From positions 44,950,001-45,014,000 of the forward strand of contig OZ024741.1 of NCBI GenBank assembly GCA_964016885.1: DNA of 64,000 nucleotides, given 5' to 3'. Numbering within the stretch: the stretch's first letter is position 1; each line of letters opens with the position of its first letter. The notes under the pieces are model-generated. The model made no database searches. It was not told the DNA's origin and worked only from the letters and a program-made list of their open reading frames with translations. Position numbers and translations under genes: made by a program. Shown piece by piece: positions 1-13,390 of the stretch. Source of the stretch: Eledone cirrhosa (lineage: Eukaryota).

Positions 1-305
1 GCTCCTATTTATGACGTATTATATTCGTTTTTTCCGTTCTTTGCCAGGGAACGTTTCCACGAACCAAAGTATCGTCTTCCTCTCTTCCTCCGGTTGCAAC
101 GTTTTTTGAAATATCCACTTCTGCGTTTAAAGGTTGACTTTGTTAGTTTCAGAAGATCCCGTTAAGGGTGAAATCAGCGATTCTTTGCTTAAACTTTATT
201 CTGTTATTTCAATAAATATTTGCTCTACGGTTCTTATATATTTGATATATATTTATCCTTATCGAGCCCTCTTTGGATTTTAGTCTTCAAATTTATTATT
301 ATTAC
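1..305 (+). mobile_element. 3' terminal repeat (pLTR) fragment of Naiad-type PLE family A, with HHR variant at 145-195
   Basis: Reverse complement of 18272-18500, which lies 3' of the GIY-YIG remnant at 19.4-20.3 kb; ends in (TA)n; motif agttt-CAGAAGA-tccc gttaa gggt-GAAA...tgcTT-aaact. Confidence 0.75.
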
Positions 306-458
306 TATATATATACTTGTATATATTCATTAGTTAAGCAAAACAAGACCACAAATTTCACAAGGAAGACATTATATAAAGATTGTCAGCACAGTTGCAT
401 TTGGAATGAATGTAAATATAGTTTAATGTAAGGAATAATAATAATAACAATAATGTCT

Positions 459-739
459 GTTTACAATTGTTTCGCTACTCCATATAATGTTTCTGGAACA
501 AATGATTATAGATCATTATTGATCTGGTTCTATGCTTTCCAGCATAGTTACGTCCCTTTACCATCTGAGTTCAAATCCCGCCGAGGTTGACTTTGCCTTT
601 CATCCTTACGGGGTCGATAAAATAAAGTACCAGTAATGCACTGGTAATTGCTGGCCTTGTGCCTAAAGTAGAAACAATTATTGATCTGGTTCAGATGAAG
701 ATAATTAACTTAGGTAAAAATGGAGCAGTTCTTCAGAAC
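459..739 (-). ncRNA. Type I hammerhead ribozyme interrupted by a SINE in loop II
   Basis: Minus strand: gtt-CTGAAGA-a ctgctcca...tggagtag c-GAAAC aatt GTA-aac; helices I, II and III pair. Confidence 0.7.
531..676 (+). mobile_element. 5'-truncated tRNA-derived SINE with 16-bp TSD
   Basis: B box GAGTTCAAATCCC and SINE core; ATTATTGATCTGGTTC duplicated on both sides. Confidence 0.85.
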
Positions 740-837
740 TTCAAAAGAGATAATGAAAATATTGATAAAGGTACGAAGGAATAATGAGTATAAAGTAAGG
801 TAAAGAAAGATCGTTACATGTATATATATATATATAT

Positions 838-1591
838 AAAAACAAATAACGAAACGAAATTAAATTTCGTTTCGTTTGTAACTCACTTTTGTATGACTGA
901 CGCTTAAACAATTAAGTTAAAAATGTACATCCACATATGTATACTGAAATACTAGTATGCATATGAATACACACACGTATACATATGTAGATGTACCAAG
1001 TCTTTCACTGGTTACTTTACTGTGAGTATCCAGCTATTCTGTATGTAAACACACAGACAAACCGGTTTTTAGAGTCATACTGGTTTTTGAGGAAACACCT
1101 TTCCTCTATTCTCCAGAAAGCCAGACAAGGAATATTGAACTAGTTTCGTTGTTGTTACAACTCATCAGCAATATTTACCTATCTACGGCCTTTCTGGAGA
1201 ATCGTAAAAGCACATATCGTTATATGCTTTTACTATGAAAATTAGTAGTGGGCAGACTAATTTGCATAGAGTGTGAGTACGTACCGGCTCAACGGAGACG
1301 ATAAAAACAAATAACGAAACGAAATTAAATTTCGTTTCGTTTGTAACTCACTTTTGTATGACTGACGCTTAAACAATTAAGTTAAAAATGTACATCCACA
1401 TATGTATACTGAAATACTAGTATGCATATGAATACACACACGTATACATATCTGTTTACATACAGAATAGCTGGATACTCACAGTAAAGTAACCAGTGAA
1501 AGACTTGGTACATCTACATATGTATACGTGTGTGTATTCATATGCATACTAGTATTTCAGTATACATATGTGGATGTACATTTTTAACTTA

Positions 1592-1595
<4 letters not shown>
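838..1595 (-). repeat. Non-coding HHR repeat family F1: 465-bp unit, partial tandem, plus inverted arm at 1452-1595
   Basis: 838-987 repeated at 1303-1452; 1452-1595 is the reverse complement of ~910-1051; flanked by (TA)n. Confidence 0.85.
1133..1173 (-). ncRNA. Minimal type I hammerhead ribozyme (F1)
   Basis: tattg-CTGATGA-gttg taacaa caac-GAAAC ta GTT-caata; palindromic helix III ACTAGT. Confidence 0.85.
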
Positions 1596-1659
<64 letters not shown>

Positions 1660-1668
<9 letters not shown>

Positions 1669-2570
1669 TACATGAATCAAAGTTCTGTTCAAACCATTTA
1701 TTAGCTTACAATTGTTTCGTCCAAACCGAGGTTTGGATTCTTCGGAGCAATTTTTCAATGATTGTTTACATACATGACCTCCTTCCAACACAAGAGATAT
1801 ACAGAAACATATGTATATATCGATGCTCAGTGGGGTGACATCCATTATAATATTTTAGCATGGCAATTTACATTCAAAAATTAAAATCATATTAAAAGAA
1901 AATTGGATTAAAGAACAACAAGCTGTAATAATCTAACCTAATACATCAAGTATCCAATACTGAATCATCGTTGATTATGTGAAGGACATATAATCTATAT
2001 ATTACGTTTCCTGGATTGTGAAAATGGTGGTGTATACGAAAACCATAACATTGTTTTGCTCCTCATTTTTAATATTTCTCTGCTCACAAGCTTCTTTATC
2101 ATACATAAAATATACTTTACCAAAACAACCCCCATAATACACTTGATTGCCTGCTTAAAGTGCTTGTATTGCATATAACACCTTGCGGCACAATAATCTT
2201 ATATAAATAAGACACACGTCCATGCCCCACGTGTAACTATTGCATACACTAACTACTTCAAACTATCCTCTTGCATTATCTTCGTAAACTGCCGATGTTG
2301 TATTTTAACTTTAATTTTGTTTTAATTTTCTTTTAACATGATTTTAATTTTTGAATGTAAATTGCCATGCTAAAATATTATAATGGATGTCACCCCACTG
2401 TGCATCGATATATATATATGTTTCAGTATGTCTCTTGTGTTGGAAAGGAGGTCATGTATGTAAACAATCATTGAAAAATTGCTCCGAAGAATCCAAACGT
2501 CGGTTTGGACGAAACAATTGTAAGCTAATAAATGGTTTGAACAGAACTTTGATTCATGTAATTTCTATAT
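1660..2570. mobile_element. Fold-back PLE terminal repeat pair with HHRs at 1704-1748 (-) and 2481-2525 (+)
   Basis: 1660-1905 is an inverted near-copy of 2325-2570; gct-CCGAAGA-atccaaac...gtttggac-GAAAC aatt GTA-agc. Confidence 0.8.
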
Positions 2571-2726
2571 AACTGCTCTGTAGAACAACTGATGTTATTA
2601 CATTGAGCTACTTATCTTCCTGGTAATAAGGTAGTAATAAATTACTGTCTTTCACTGTTGAGGGTTTAAAATATATATAACTATAAAAGGTGTTAGTATA
2701 TACATAACCATAAATAGTATCCTTAA

Positions 2727-2769
<43 letters not shown>

Positions 2770-2817
2770 TATGTATGTATACGTACATACATATATGTAT
2801 ACAGACGTACAGTAGCA

Positions 2818-2877
<60 letters not shown>

Positions 2878-3304
2878 CAGGTACACATATATATATGTAC
2901 GTATCAGTTTAGCGGACGTTTATTATAACGCCCGCTTTGTCCGTTTGTAAACAAGCGGACAGCCTGAATTATGCCGTACGGTGTTAAGGCAACCACGTCA
3001 CCTTTTTGTTCAACACTGACACAGGAACGATGTACTAGTTTCAAGCTTCTTAGCTATCATCAGCACCGTATACCATTCTGCCAGATGGTTGAACGTTCGA
3101 AAGTATATACTTTCCTTATGAAAATTAACGGCTGAGCAGCCTAATTTGCATATCGAGTGAGTTCAGTCGGCCAGGCGTACCGAAAACGATAAGTTGTAAT
3201 ATAATGAAACGAAATTTCATTTCTCACTCTGAGTACGGCACTTACTTAAATGTAAGTATGTATGTATACGTACATACATATATGTATACAGACGTACAGT
3301 AGCA

Positions 3305-3366
<62 letters not shown>

Positions 3367-3793
3367 CAGGTACACATATATATATGTACGTATCAGTTTA
3401 GCGGACGTTTATTATAACGCCCGCTTTGTCCGTTTGTAAACAAGCGGACAGCCTGAATTATGCCGTACGGTGTTAAGGCAACCACGTCACCTTTTTGTTC
3501 AACACTGACACAGGAACGATGTACTAGTTTCAAGCTTCTTAGCTATCATCAGCACCGTATACCATTCTGCCAGATGGTTGAACGTTCGAAAGTATATACT
3601 TTCCTTATGAAAATTAACGGCTGAGCAGCCTAATTTGCATATCGAGTGAGTTCAGTCGGCCAGGCGTACCGAAAACGATAAGTTGTAATATAATGAAACG
3701 AAATTTCATTTCTCACTCTGAGTACGGCACTTACTTAAATGTAAGTATGTATGTATACGTACATACATATATGTATACAGACGTACAGTAGCA

Positions 3794-3855
<62 letters not shown>

Positions 3856-4282
3856 CAGGTACACATATATATATGTACGTATCAGTTTAGCGGACGTTTA
3901 TTATAACGCCCGCTTTGTCCGTTTGTAAACAAGCGGACAGCCTGAATTATGCCGTACGGTGTTAAGGCAACCACGTCACCTTTTTGTTCAACACTGACAC
4001 AGGAACGATGTACTAGTTTCAAGCTTCTTAGCTATCATCAGCACCGTATACCATTCTGCCAGATGGTTGAACGTTCGAAAGTATATACTTTCCTTATGAA
4101 AATTAACGGCTGAGCAGCCTAATTTGCATATCGAGTGAGTTCAGTCGGCCAGGCGTACCGAAAACGATAAGTTGTAATATAATGAAACGAAATTTCATTT
4201 CTCACTCTGAGTACGGCACTTACTTAAATGTAAGTATGTATGTATACGTACATACATATATGTATACAGACGTACAGTAGCA

Positions 4283-4342
<60 letters not shown>

Positions 4343-4406
4343 CAGGTACACATATATATATGTACGTATCAGTTATATATATATATGTACGTATATATAT
4401 GTACGT

Positions 4407-4455
<49 letters not shown>

Positions 4456-4630
4456 GTATATATATGTACGTATCATATATATATGTACGTCTGTATACAT
4501 ATATGTATGTACGTATACATACATACTTACATTTAAGTAAGTGCCGTACTCAGAGTGAGAAATGAAATTTCGTTTCATTATATTACAACTTATCGTTTTC
4601 GGTACGCCTGGCCGACTGAACTCACTCGAT

Positions 4631-4638
4631 ATGCAAAT
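4631..4638 (+). promoter_or_regulatory. Octamer motif ATGCAAAT, present in each F2 unit (function unproven)
   Basis: Exact octamer about 81 bp upstream of the HHR core; similar placement in F1 and F3. Confidence 0.45.
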
Positions 4639-4713
4639 TAGGCTGCTCAGCCGTTAATTTTCATAAGGAAAGTATATACTTTCGAACGTTCAACCATCTG
4701 GCAGAATGGTATA

Positions 4714-4754
4714 CGGTGCTGATGATAGCTAAGAAGCTTGAAACTAGTACATCG
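4714..4754 (+). ncRNA. Minimal type I hammerhead ribozyme (representative F2 copy)
   Basis: cggtg-CTGATGA-t agct aaga agct t-GAAAC ta GTA-catcg; canonical core, GUA site, palindromic helix III. Confidence 0.88.
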
Positions 4755-4904
4755 TTCCTGTGTCAGTGTTGAACAAAAAGGTGACGTGGTTGCCTTAACA
4801 CCGTACGGCATAATTCAGGCTGTCCGCTTGTTTACAAACGGACAAAGCGGGCGTTATAATAAACGTCCGCTAAACTGATACGTACATATATATATGTGTA
4901 CCTG

Positions 4905-4964
<60 letters not shown>

Positions 4965-5391
4965 TGCTACTGTACGTCTGTATACATATATGTATGTACG
5001 TATACATACATACTTACATTTAAGTAAGTGCCGTACTCAGAGTGAGAAATGAAATTTCGTTTCATTATATTACAACTTATCGTTTTCGGTACGCCTGGCC
5101 GACTGAACTCACTCGATATGCAAATTAGGCTGCTCAGCCGTTAATTTTCATAAGGAAAGTATATACTTTCGAACGTTCAACCATCTGGCAGAATGGTATA
5201 CGGTGCTGATGATAGCTAAGAAGCTTGAAACTAGTACATCGTTCCTGTGTCAGTGTTGAACAAAAAGGTGACGTGGTTGCCTTAACACCGTACGGCATAA
5301 TTCAGGCTGTCCGCTTGTTTACAAACGGACAAAGCGGGCGTTATAATAAACGTCCGCTAAACTGATACGTACATATATATATGTGTACCTG

Positions 5392-5453
<62 letters not shown>

Positions 5454-5880
5454 TGCTACTGTACGTCTGTATACATATATGTATGTACGTATACATACAT
5501 ACTTACATTTAAGTAAGTGCCGTACTCAGAGTGAGAAATGAAATTTCGTTTCATTATATTACAACTTATCGTTTTCGGTACGCCTGGCCGACTGAACTCA
5601 CTCGATATGCAAATTAGGCTGCTCAGCCGTTAATTTTCATAAGGAAAGTATATACTTTCGAACGTTCAACCATCTGGCAGAATGGTATACGGTGCTGATG
5701 ATAGCTAAGAAGCTTGAAACTAGTACATCGTTCCTGTGTCAGTGTTGAACAAAAAGGTGACGTGGTTGCCTTAACACCGTACGGCATAATTCAGGCTGTC
5801 CGCTTGTTTACAAACGGACAAAGCGGGCGTTATAATAAACGTCCGCTAAACTGATACGTACATATATATATGTGTACCTG

Positions 5881-5944
<64 letters not shown>

Positions 5945-6828
5945 TGCTACTGTACGTCTGTATACATATATGTATGTACGTATACATACATACTTACATT
6001 TAAGTAAGTGCCGTACTCAGAGTGAGAAATGAAATTTCGTTTCATTATATTACAACTTATCGTTTTCGGTACGCCTGGCCGACTGAACTCACTCGATATG
6101 CAAATTAGGCTGCTCAGCCGTTAATTTTCATAAGGAAAGTATATACTTTCGAACGTTCAACCATCTGGCAGAATGGTATACGGTGCTGATGATAGCTAAG
6201 AAGCTTGAAACTAGTACATCGTTCCTGTGTCAGTGTTGAACAAAAAGGTGACGTGGTTGCCTTAACACCGTACGGCATAATTCAGGCTGTCCGCTTGTTT
6301 ACAAACGGACAAAGCGGGCGTTATAATAAACGTCCGCTAAACTGATACGTACATATATATATGTGTACCTGTATGTATATATATATATATATATATATGC
6401 ATGCTACTGTACGTCTGTATACATATATGTATGTACGTATACATACATACTTACATTTAAGTAAGTGCCGTACTCAGAGTGAGAAATGAAATTTCGTTTC
6501 ATTATATTACAACTTATCGTTTTCGGTACGCCTGGCCGACTGAACTCACTCGATATGCAAATTAGGCTGCTCAGCCGTTAATTTTCATAAGGAAAGTATA
6601 TACTTTCGAACGTTCAACCATCTGGCAGAATGGTATACGGTGCTGATGATAGCTAAGAAGCTTGAAACTAGTACATCGTTCCTGTGTCAGTGTTGAACAA
6701 AAAGGTGACGTGGTTGCCTTAACACCGTACGGCATAATTCAGGCTGTCCGCTTGTTTACAAACGGACAAAGCGGGCGTTATAATAAACGTCCGCTAAACT
6801 GATACGTACATATATATATGTGTACCTG

Positions 6829-6888
<60 letters not shown>

Positions 6889-6999
6889 TGCTACTGTACG
6901 TCTGTATACATATATGTATGTACGTATACATACATACTTACATTTAAGTAAGTGCCGTACTCAGAGTGAGAAATGAAATTTCGTTTCATTATATTACAA

Positions 7000-7102
<103 letters not shown>

Positions 7103-7537
7103 AGGGAAAGTGTTGAGACCGTGGAGACCACTAATCATGGGAGTACTCAATGCTGCGGTCAGGATTTTACCCTCACTCACTCTCTCTTTATATATATCCC
7201 ATGCGCACCGTGTAATAATTTCGCTTATATATAAATATGGTGCCAAATTGAATATGCTTTGGTTGAGTCCACACGATAAGTAGATCAATATTGGAGTCCG
7301 GTCTATCACCTCGGTAATGCTCTGGAGTCAATCATCTGTGAATACCCATATAGATATCGTTGTGTGTGCTTGTGCATATATATATTATTCCTATTTTTCT
7401 TCTATTTTACCGTGGAAAAATATCACACCTCTTCATAGTATATAACATTACTTGAAATTTTACATATGAGATGTAAATTATCCGTTTTTAGGTTTTAGTA
7501 AATTATTCTAACGAATTTGGTTTGTTATTTAATTATT

Positions 7538-7725
7538 AATTGTTTCTACTTTTTGGCACAAGGCCAGCAATTATCCCAGCGCATTACTGGTACTTTATTT
7601 TATCCACCCTGTAAGAATTAAAAGGCAAAGTTAACTTCGGTGGGATTTGAACTCAGAATGGCAAGGGCCGTAAGTCTATGGGTCAAAGCATGGCGTCCGA
7701 CCCTCTACCGATACTGCCAATCCAC
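7538..7725 (-). mobile_element. tRNA-derived SINE
   Basis: Reverse complement of the SINE consensus, including A-box-like TGGCAGTATCGG and B box. Confidence 0.85.
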
Positions 7726-7745
7726 CATTATTTAATTATTAATAG

Positions 7746-7935
7746 GGCGGTGAATTGGCAGTATCGGTAGAGGGTCGGATGCCATGCTTTGACGTATAGA
7801 GTTACGGCCCTTGCCATTCTGAGTTCAAATCCCGTCGAGGTTAACTTTGCCTTTCATCCTTACGGGGTCGATAAAATAAGGTACCAGTAATGCTCTGGAT
7901 AATTGCTGGCCTTGTGCCAAAAGTAGAAACAATTA
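7746..7935 (+). mobile_element. Full-length tRNA-derived SINE
   Basis: GGCGGTGAATTGGCAGTATCGG...GAGTTCAAATCCC...AGAAACAATTATT. Confidence 0.88.
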
Positions 7936-8540
7936 TTTAATTATTAATATTTCTTTTTGTTATGACAATACTAGATTTGTAATGAAAATACATAGGTGTA
8001 ATTGTAAGAAGACAGAAAAAATAGACATGTTTTGCTACAACTCGAATAAATGACATGAACCGCGTTGCTACACGGTCTGTTTGTGAAAACCAAAATAATC
8101 TCGTTTTGAAATGTACAATCAGATGCGCTGAAGGTTTGGCTTGATTGTGATGAAATCATAAATCAATTCTTTAACACAATTTTTACAACAAAAGCAACAA
8201 AGTGTACAGCTTGAACAACACTTAAAATGTAACATTGGCAATATAATAGGAACAATGCATGGTGACTTTATTATAAACTATAGCGGATTCTGCAAGCATT
8301 TCCTGCGTCCTGACAGAACATTTCCAGTAGAGAAATGCTTTCAGGAATTGAACAATAATTGTTGTCAACTGAAGGAAAAGTAAACAGAAATTATGAATCT
8401 AAGTTTCCGCTTTTGCTTTCTTATGGTGATTCAGAAATGAAATGATTTTGACAACAAGACTTCACATGATCTCCTCTGTTTCCCAGCTGCTTACCGGTTT
8501 ACGGTTTACATTTGCATCATACAATATAATGCAATGTAAT

Positions 8541-8635
8541 ACAATATAATATAATATAATATAATATAATATAATATAATAAAATATAATATAATATAAT
8601 ATAATACAATATAATATAATATAATATAATATAAT
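8541..8635. repeat. (AATAT)n microsatellite
   Basis: Directly visible pentanucleotide run. Confidence 0.9.
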
Positions 8636-10077
8636 TTAACATGATATGGTATAAAACAATATAACAGGTAATATAACATTTTAACCTAGGAATGATTTCA
8701 AAATTAAGTGACCTCAAAAACGCTTTCAAGCTTTCATTAACACGACGTAAATTGATTTCTATGGTGGAAATATGCAGCATCATTTTACGTGGTGTGATTC
8801 AAAAATGCATTGAAACTGATGTATTGAATTTAGTGCACAAGGATAAAAATATGGTTTTAAAATGTATTTGATCCTCTTTGAAACCTCGCTAAGAAAATTC
8901 AAAGTTAATTTCCGGAAGATCCTATGATCAAAAACACACACAAACCAAGAAATACACTTACACACAAACATGGGAGTTGACAGCTGACAGGCTAGGTGTG
9001 TATTTTCTGTGTTTGTGCGTGTATATACAGACATATGTGTAAGCTCGTTTAACACTATGTATGCGTAAACTCGCATGTTGTACGGAGAGAGAACGACAGC
9101 AGCACAAGCATGATTGTTACCAACCATTTACTACGCCACGGGTATTGAGCAGAGGGATACAGTGATGATAGGCCGTAAGGGATACTGCAACATCACAGTC
9201 CCTAACGGCCGAACTCTAAAGATTGAAGGGACACACACAATATGCATACACTCAGAAGCACACACATTTACGTCACAAAAAAAGGGTGTATCTTCCCGTG
9301 ATCATATGTGCTCCTGTGTGAAAATATGTGTCTATATGACACTGTGTTGAGACATGCATATGTGACGGTGGCAACCTATATATAACAACCACATACGTCT
9401 AATTCCCAGCTCTCATTAATACATTACTATACTCTATATGAGTCTATATGTCGTCATTCCTAGACAAACAACTGGCAATTTGAGGGAAATTTATTGAATA
9501 GTTTTATCATAATTAACAGGATTTCTCTTCCATTAAACATAAATGGCTAATATATTAATATAATTTCACATCTGAGTAGATATTTAGATGACAGTGTTTG
9601 GTTTTAAAGATTTATGTGTGTTTATCATACATATATTCTTCTATTCTTTTACACTTTCGCCATTTTCAGTCATTAAACTACGGCTATGATGTAGTCAGTA
9701 AACTGTGGCCATATAAGCAAATTGTTAGCTACTATATAAGAATATAATTACCCATGTGACTCCGAGATTTGTACTTTTATCTGGGCTTATATATTCCAAC
9801 GTGGTCTTGTGTTGATACATTGCTCGAATTCTGTTTTAATAGGGATATTAAAAATCATTTCATAATGACAAGTCAAACTCGAATTGAATTGAATCATACG
9901 CTCGTCTTAACGTGATTTTATGTCGATACGGACAGGGCTATTATATTTTTATATGAATGATTTTATTTGTATTTCTACCGTAGAATATTCAAAATGACAA
10001 ATTATCAGCATCTCTATGTTATGTATGTATGTATGTATGTATGTATGTATGTATGTATGTATGTATGTATGTATGTA

Positions 10078-11065
10078 TGACCCCTTAGCCTTTGTCAAGA
10101 ATTCTAGGAGAAGGAAAACTCTGATATAACACCTGCAACTCTGATGGTATCCAATGATGTTGACTTGTTCTTCTTTTTGGTAAATATCATCTTGGTTAAG
10201 AGAGTGGGACTGGCTTTGTGCAGTGCCTTTGCTCACTATAAAAGCTTCACGGCACAGGCATTGCTTTATATCTGGAGATCTCTCTGCACTTGTCGTCACA
10301 TGGTACCATGGGCCCAGCACTATGTGTCAATAATTGTCACAAGTGTAGTGTTTGTACCAGAGTTTTCAAGTCGCTGGCTGGACTAAAAAGTCACACTCGT
10401 TCAGCGCATCGGTAGGGGTTCTCCTAAATGGATATAAAGTAGTGGCCGTACTCGAAAAGGAGTTGGCAGCCACCATGTATGTATGTATGGGATAACTGCA
10501 CCATAAAACCTGTGGCTTAGTAGTTACCGATGGTGTTGATCTTTTCTTCTTTTCGGGTTACAGCTACTGTGGCTCAGAGTGTAGGATTGGCTCAGCGCAC
10601 AGCCTTCCTCATTTTTAAAAAATCTTCACGCACAGGCATTTCACGAAAATAATTAATTAATAATTATTAATAATGGTATATCGTGCAATGGCCATACTCG
10701 ATAACGAGGGGGCAACCATCATCATGTACGTATGTTTATATGTATGCATGTATCTATGTATGTATGTATGTATGCATGTATGTATGTATCTAAGAGAGGG
10801 AAACTTTGAAAAAAACCTGCGGCTTCAGAAGCATCCGATGATGTTGACCAGTTCTTTTCGGGTAGTGTTTTCGTTGCTCAGAGATGGGATTGGTTGAGTG
10901 CAAGGCCTTTCCCCACTTAAAAAAACCTTCAAAGCACAGGCATTGCTTGTTCAGGATATGTTACAGGTTCGTGTGGCTGGTCGTAGCCTAAAAGTACACA
11001 GAACTCTATAAGCTGACAATCGATTGCAATACACTTAGCAGAGTTTGCAGCCATGATGTATGTAG
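10078..11065. repeat. Three degenerate direct copies of an unclassified repeat separated by (TATG)n
   Basis: Shared blocks gatgttga..ttcttt, gagtgggactggct-like and gcacaggcatt at ~10155, ~10530 and ~10840. Confidence 0.6.
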
Positions 11066-11079
11066 CATAAAAACCATGT

Positions 11080-12660
11080 ACTAACAGAAATTCCTACATT
11101 GGAGGAAGTGGAACTGGCTGTAAAACAACTCAATAATAACAATGAGGGGTGGTATTTGGGCTGAACTACTGAAATGTGAAAGTCGAAACGTTCTTCGACT
11201 TCTTACACACCAATACTGGAAAGATACATTGATGGTGGTGCTTTATAAAGAAAAATATGCAAAGCATATAGTCATTATCATGGGATAGCCCTCCTGCCAG
11301 TTGTGCGAAAAGTCTTGACTAAGATGATACTGGACAGATTGCTTGATAACATATATGGCAATGTTCTTCCGGAGTCGCCGTGTAGCTTTAAAAGTGAAAG
11401 GGTGACAACACACATGATCGTCTTTGTCAGGTAACTACAGAAAGATTGCATTTAACAGAGAATGGCTTTGTATCACGCCATTGTCACGTCAACAAAGCCC
11501 TTTGATACGGTGAATAGAACTGCCTAATGGAAGATTTTGATTAAGCTCGATTGTCCTGACAAATTTGTATCAGTTCTGATAGATTTTCGTGATGGTATAC
11601 AAACTTAGTTTATTATAGGTTGACAAGTGTCAGATCCCAACAAGGAGATATACCAGCTTCGACACTGTTTGCATTGTATTACTCTATGGATTCCCTAATG
11701 GAATTTGAGAATTATACACATGGTATTTATATCAAGTAACGCTCGACAGACTGTTTGCAACCAAAATAAAATACGAGTATTTTTGTATGCATAGGATTTT
11801 GATCTTGTTTACTCTGAGAGTGACATACAGTACCTGATTGATTCTCTTTTGGTGACATGCATTTGGTCTGATAATCAATCTGGCCAAGACAGTTGTCATG
11901 TATCAACCTGCACTGAGAAAGATTTCACTGAGCCTAGCATTTGTGTGTATAGCAAAGCATTGATGGTTGCAGATCATCTGTGTATTTAGGCAGCACAGTT
12001 AACATGACAAACACACTTGATGATGAAATGTATTTATGACTGAAGAGAGCAAGGGGTTATTTTGGTAAGTTAGGTGAGCCTCTCATGTGTTGACGTGGAA
12101 TTTCCATTGATACAAAGTGAAAGTTATACAGAACACATATATTGTCTTCATTGTTGTATGCATGTGAAACTTGTGCCACATACAATTTAAATATAAATGT
12201 GCTTGGACATATTCATCAACAGTGTCTTCGCCGAATGCACGGTTTTCATTGGCAATCACATATGAGTGATTTTGAATCATTTTGAAATTACTGAATCTCA
12301 TAATTCATTACAGATTGCGCTGAAGCAATCAAGTTGTAAGATTAATAGGCCATCGTATTACTAAGCAGTTACTGAAAGGGGAGTTTGTCAAAGGTATCAA
12401 CCAAACTCAGGTATAAAGACCGCACCTAAAGAGCTGTGATAAATCAAAAATAAGAAGATAACTGGGAAGACATTACTTTAGGTCGAGTATCTTGGAGGAA
12501 AAGAGGTATTTGAAAAATCTCGTGTGGAGCATGGAAATTTAGGGAGTTCTTTGTAAGGGCCTGCACAATATTAAGTAACCTTGATTTTCAGGTGTTCAAA
12601 ATGACTTTACGTGCAGCGAGTGCGGTCGAATTTGCCTTGGTCAAGCTGGTCGTAGAGATC
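11080..12660 (+). pseudogene. Decayed RTE-clade LINE reverse transcriptase region
   Basis: Broken-frame translation gives EIPTLEEVELAVKQL, GIALLPVV, LPESPCSF, PFDTVNRTA*WKILIKLDCPDKFV, INLAKTVVMYQP and a C-terminal CSECGRIC; many stops and frameshifts. Confidence 0.85.
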
Positions 12661-13029
12661 CCCAGAGATGTCATTTACAAAATGTTGCCGATAATGGTTT
12701 GTTTGGCATTACTTCAAGTTGGAAGTGTGGAAAACAATGTGCCTCGAACGGCGAACCCCAAGAAAGGAATGTAAATCCTTGCCACACATCTCTCCTCCTA
12801 GATTTTGACGGATGTCTGCACATCGGTGTATCCTTTAGGCACATTGTCTACGGATGTTCGAGCCACACAAATGCCAATGTGAATCTATTGTGAACTCTTT
12901 CGTTATTCTCTCTCTGTTCTGCTATAGTGCCGTCCGTCCTCCCTACTGTGTCACACTCAACTAGAGCTTAAAGTATGGTTCGAACGTCGCAGGCATTTCA
13001 TCCCAGCTCGAACCGGAGAGGCTGAACCG

Positions 13030-13390
13030 AGGGAACGGCATAACGCTACAGTTACGCCAAACGACATCAGTATCTTCCCTTTCTGCGGTGGTAAAGCACA
13101 TCATCTGGGATGCAACGTGCACTGACACTTCCTCCAGTGGCAAACTGGATCATTCGTCGACAGAGTCAGATTTCGCTACCCGACAACCGGAAGATCGGAT
13201 GCTATTGAGGTATTGGCTGCGCACTGATAAGTGTGTCGTTGTATATGAAGCAATGAGGAGTTTATTTTTATTACAATCGAGGTGGAATTGGCCACCAATA
13301 GAAGTGAGCCACGCATGCTGGAAAGACTATTCCAATTCTGTTGCCTTCACCTTTCTCTAGGAAAACGCTTTCTCCATTCTATCTGGTGAG
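13030..13390 (+). pseudogene. Remnant of the restriction-like endonuclease domain of a CRE/R2-type non-LTR element
   Basis: PNDISIFPF...GKHIIWDATCTDT resembles the RPDGxTxxPWxxGrxlvWDaTcxDT motif; ENAFSILSG resembles the RGNAxxIlg terminus. Confidence 0.6.
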
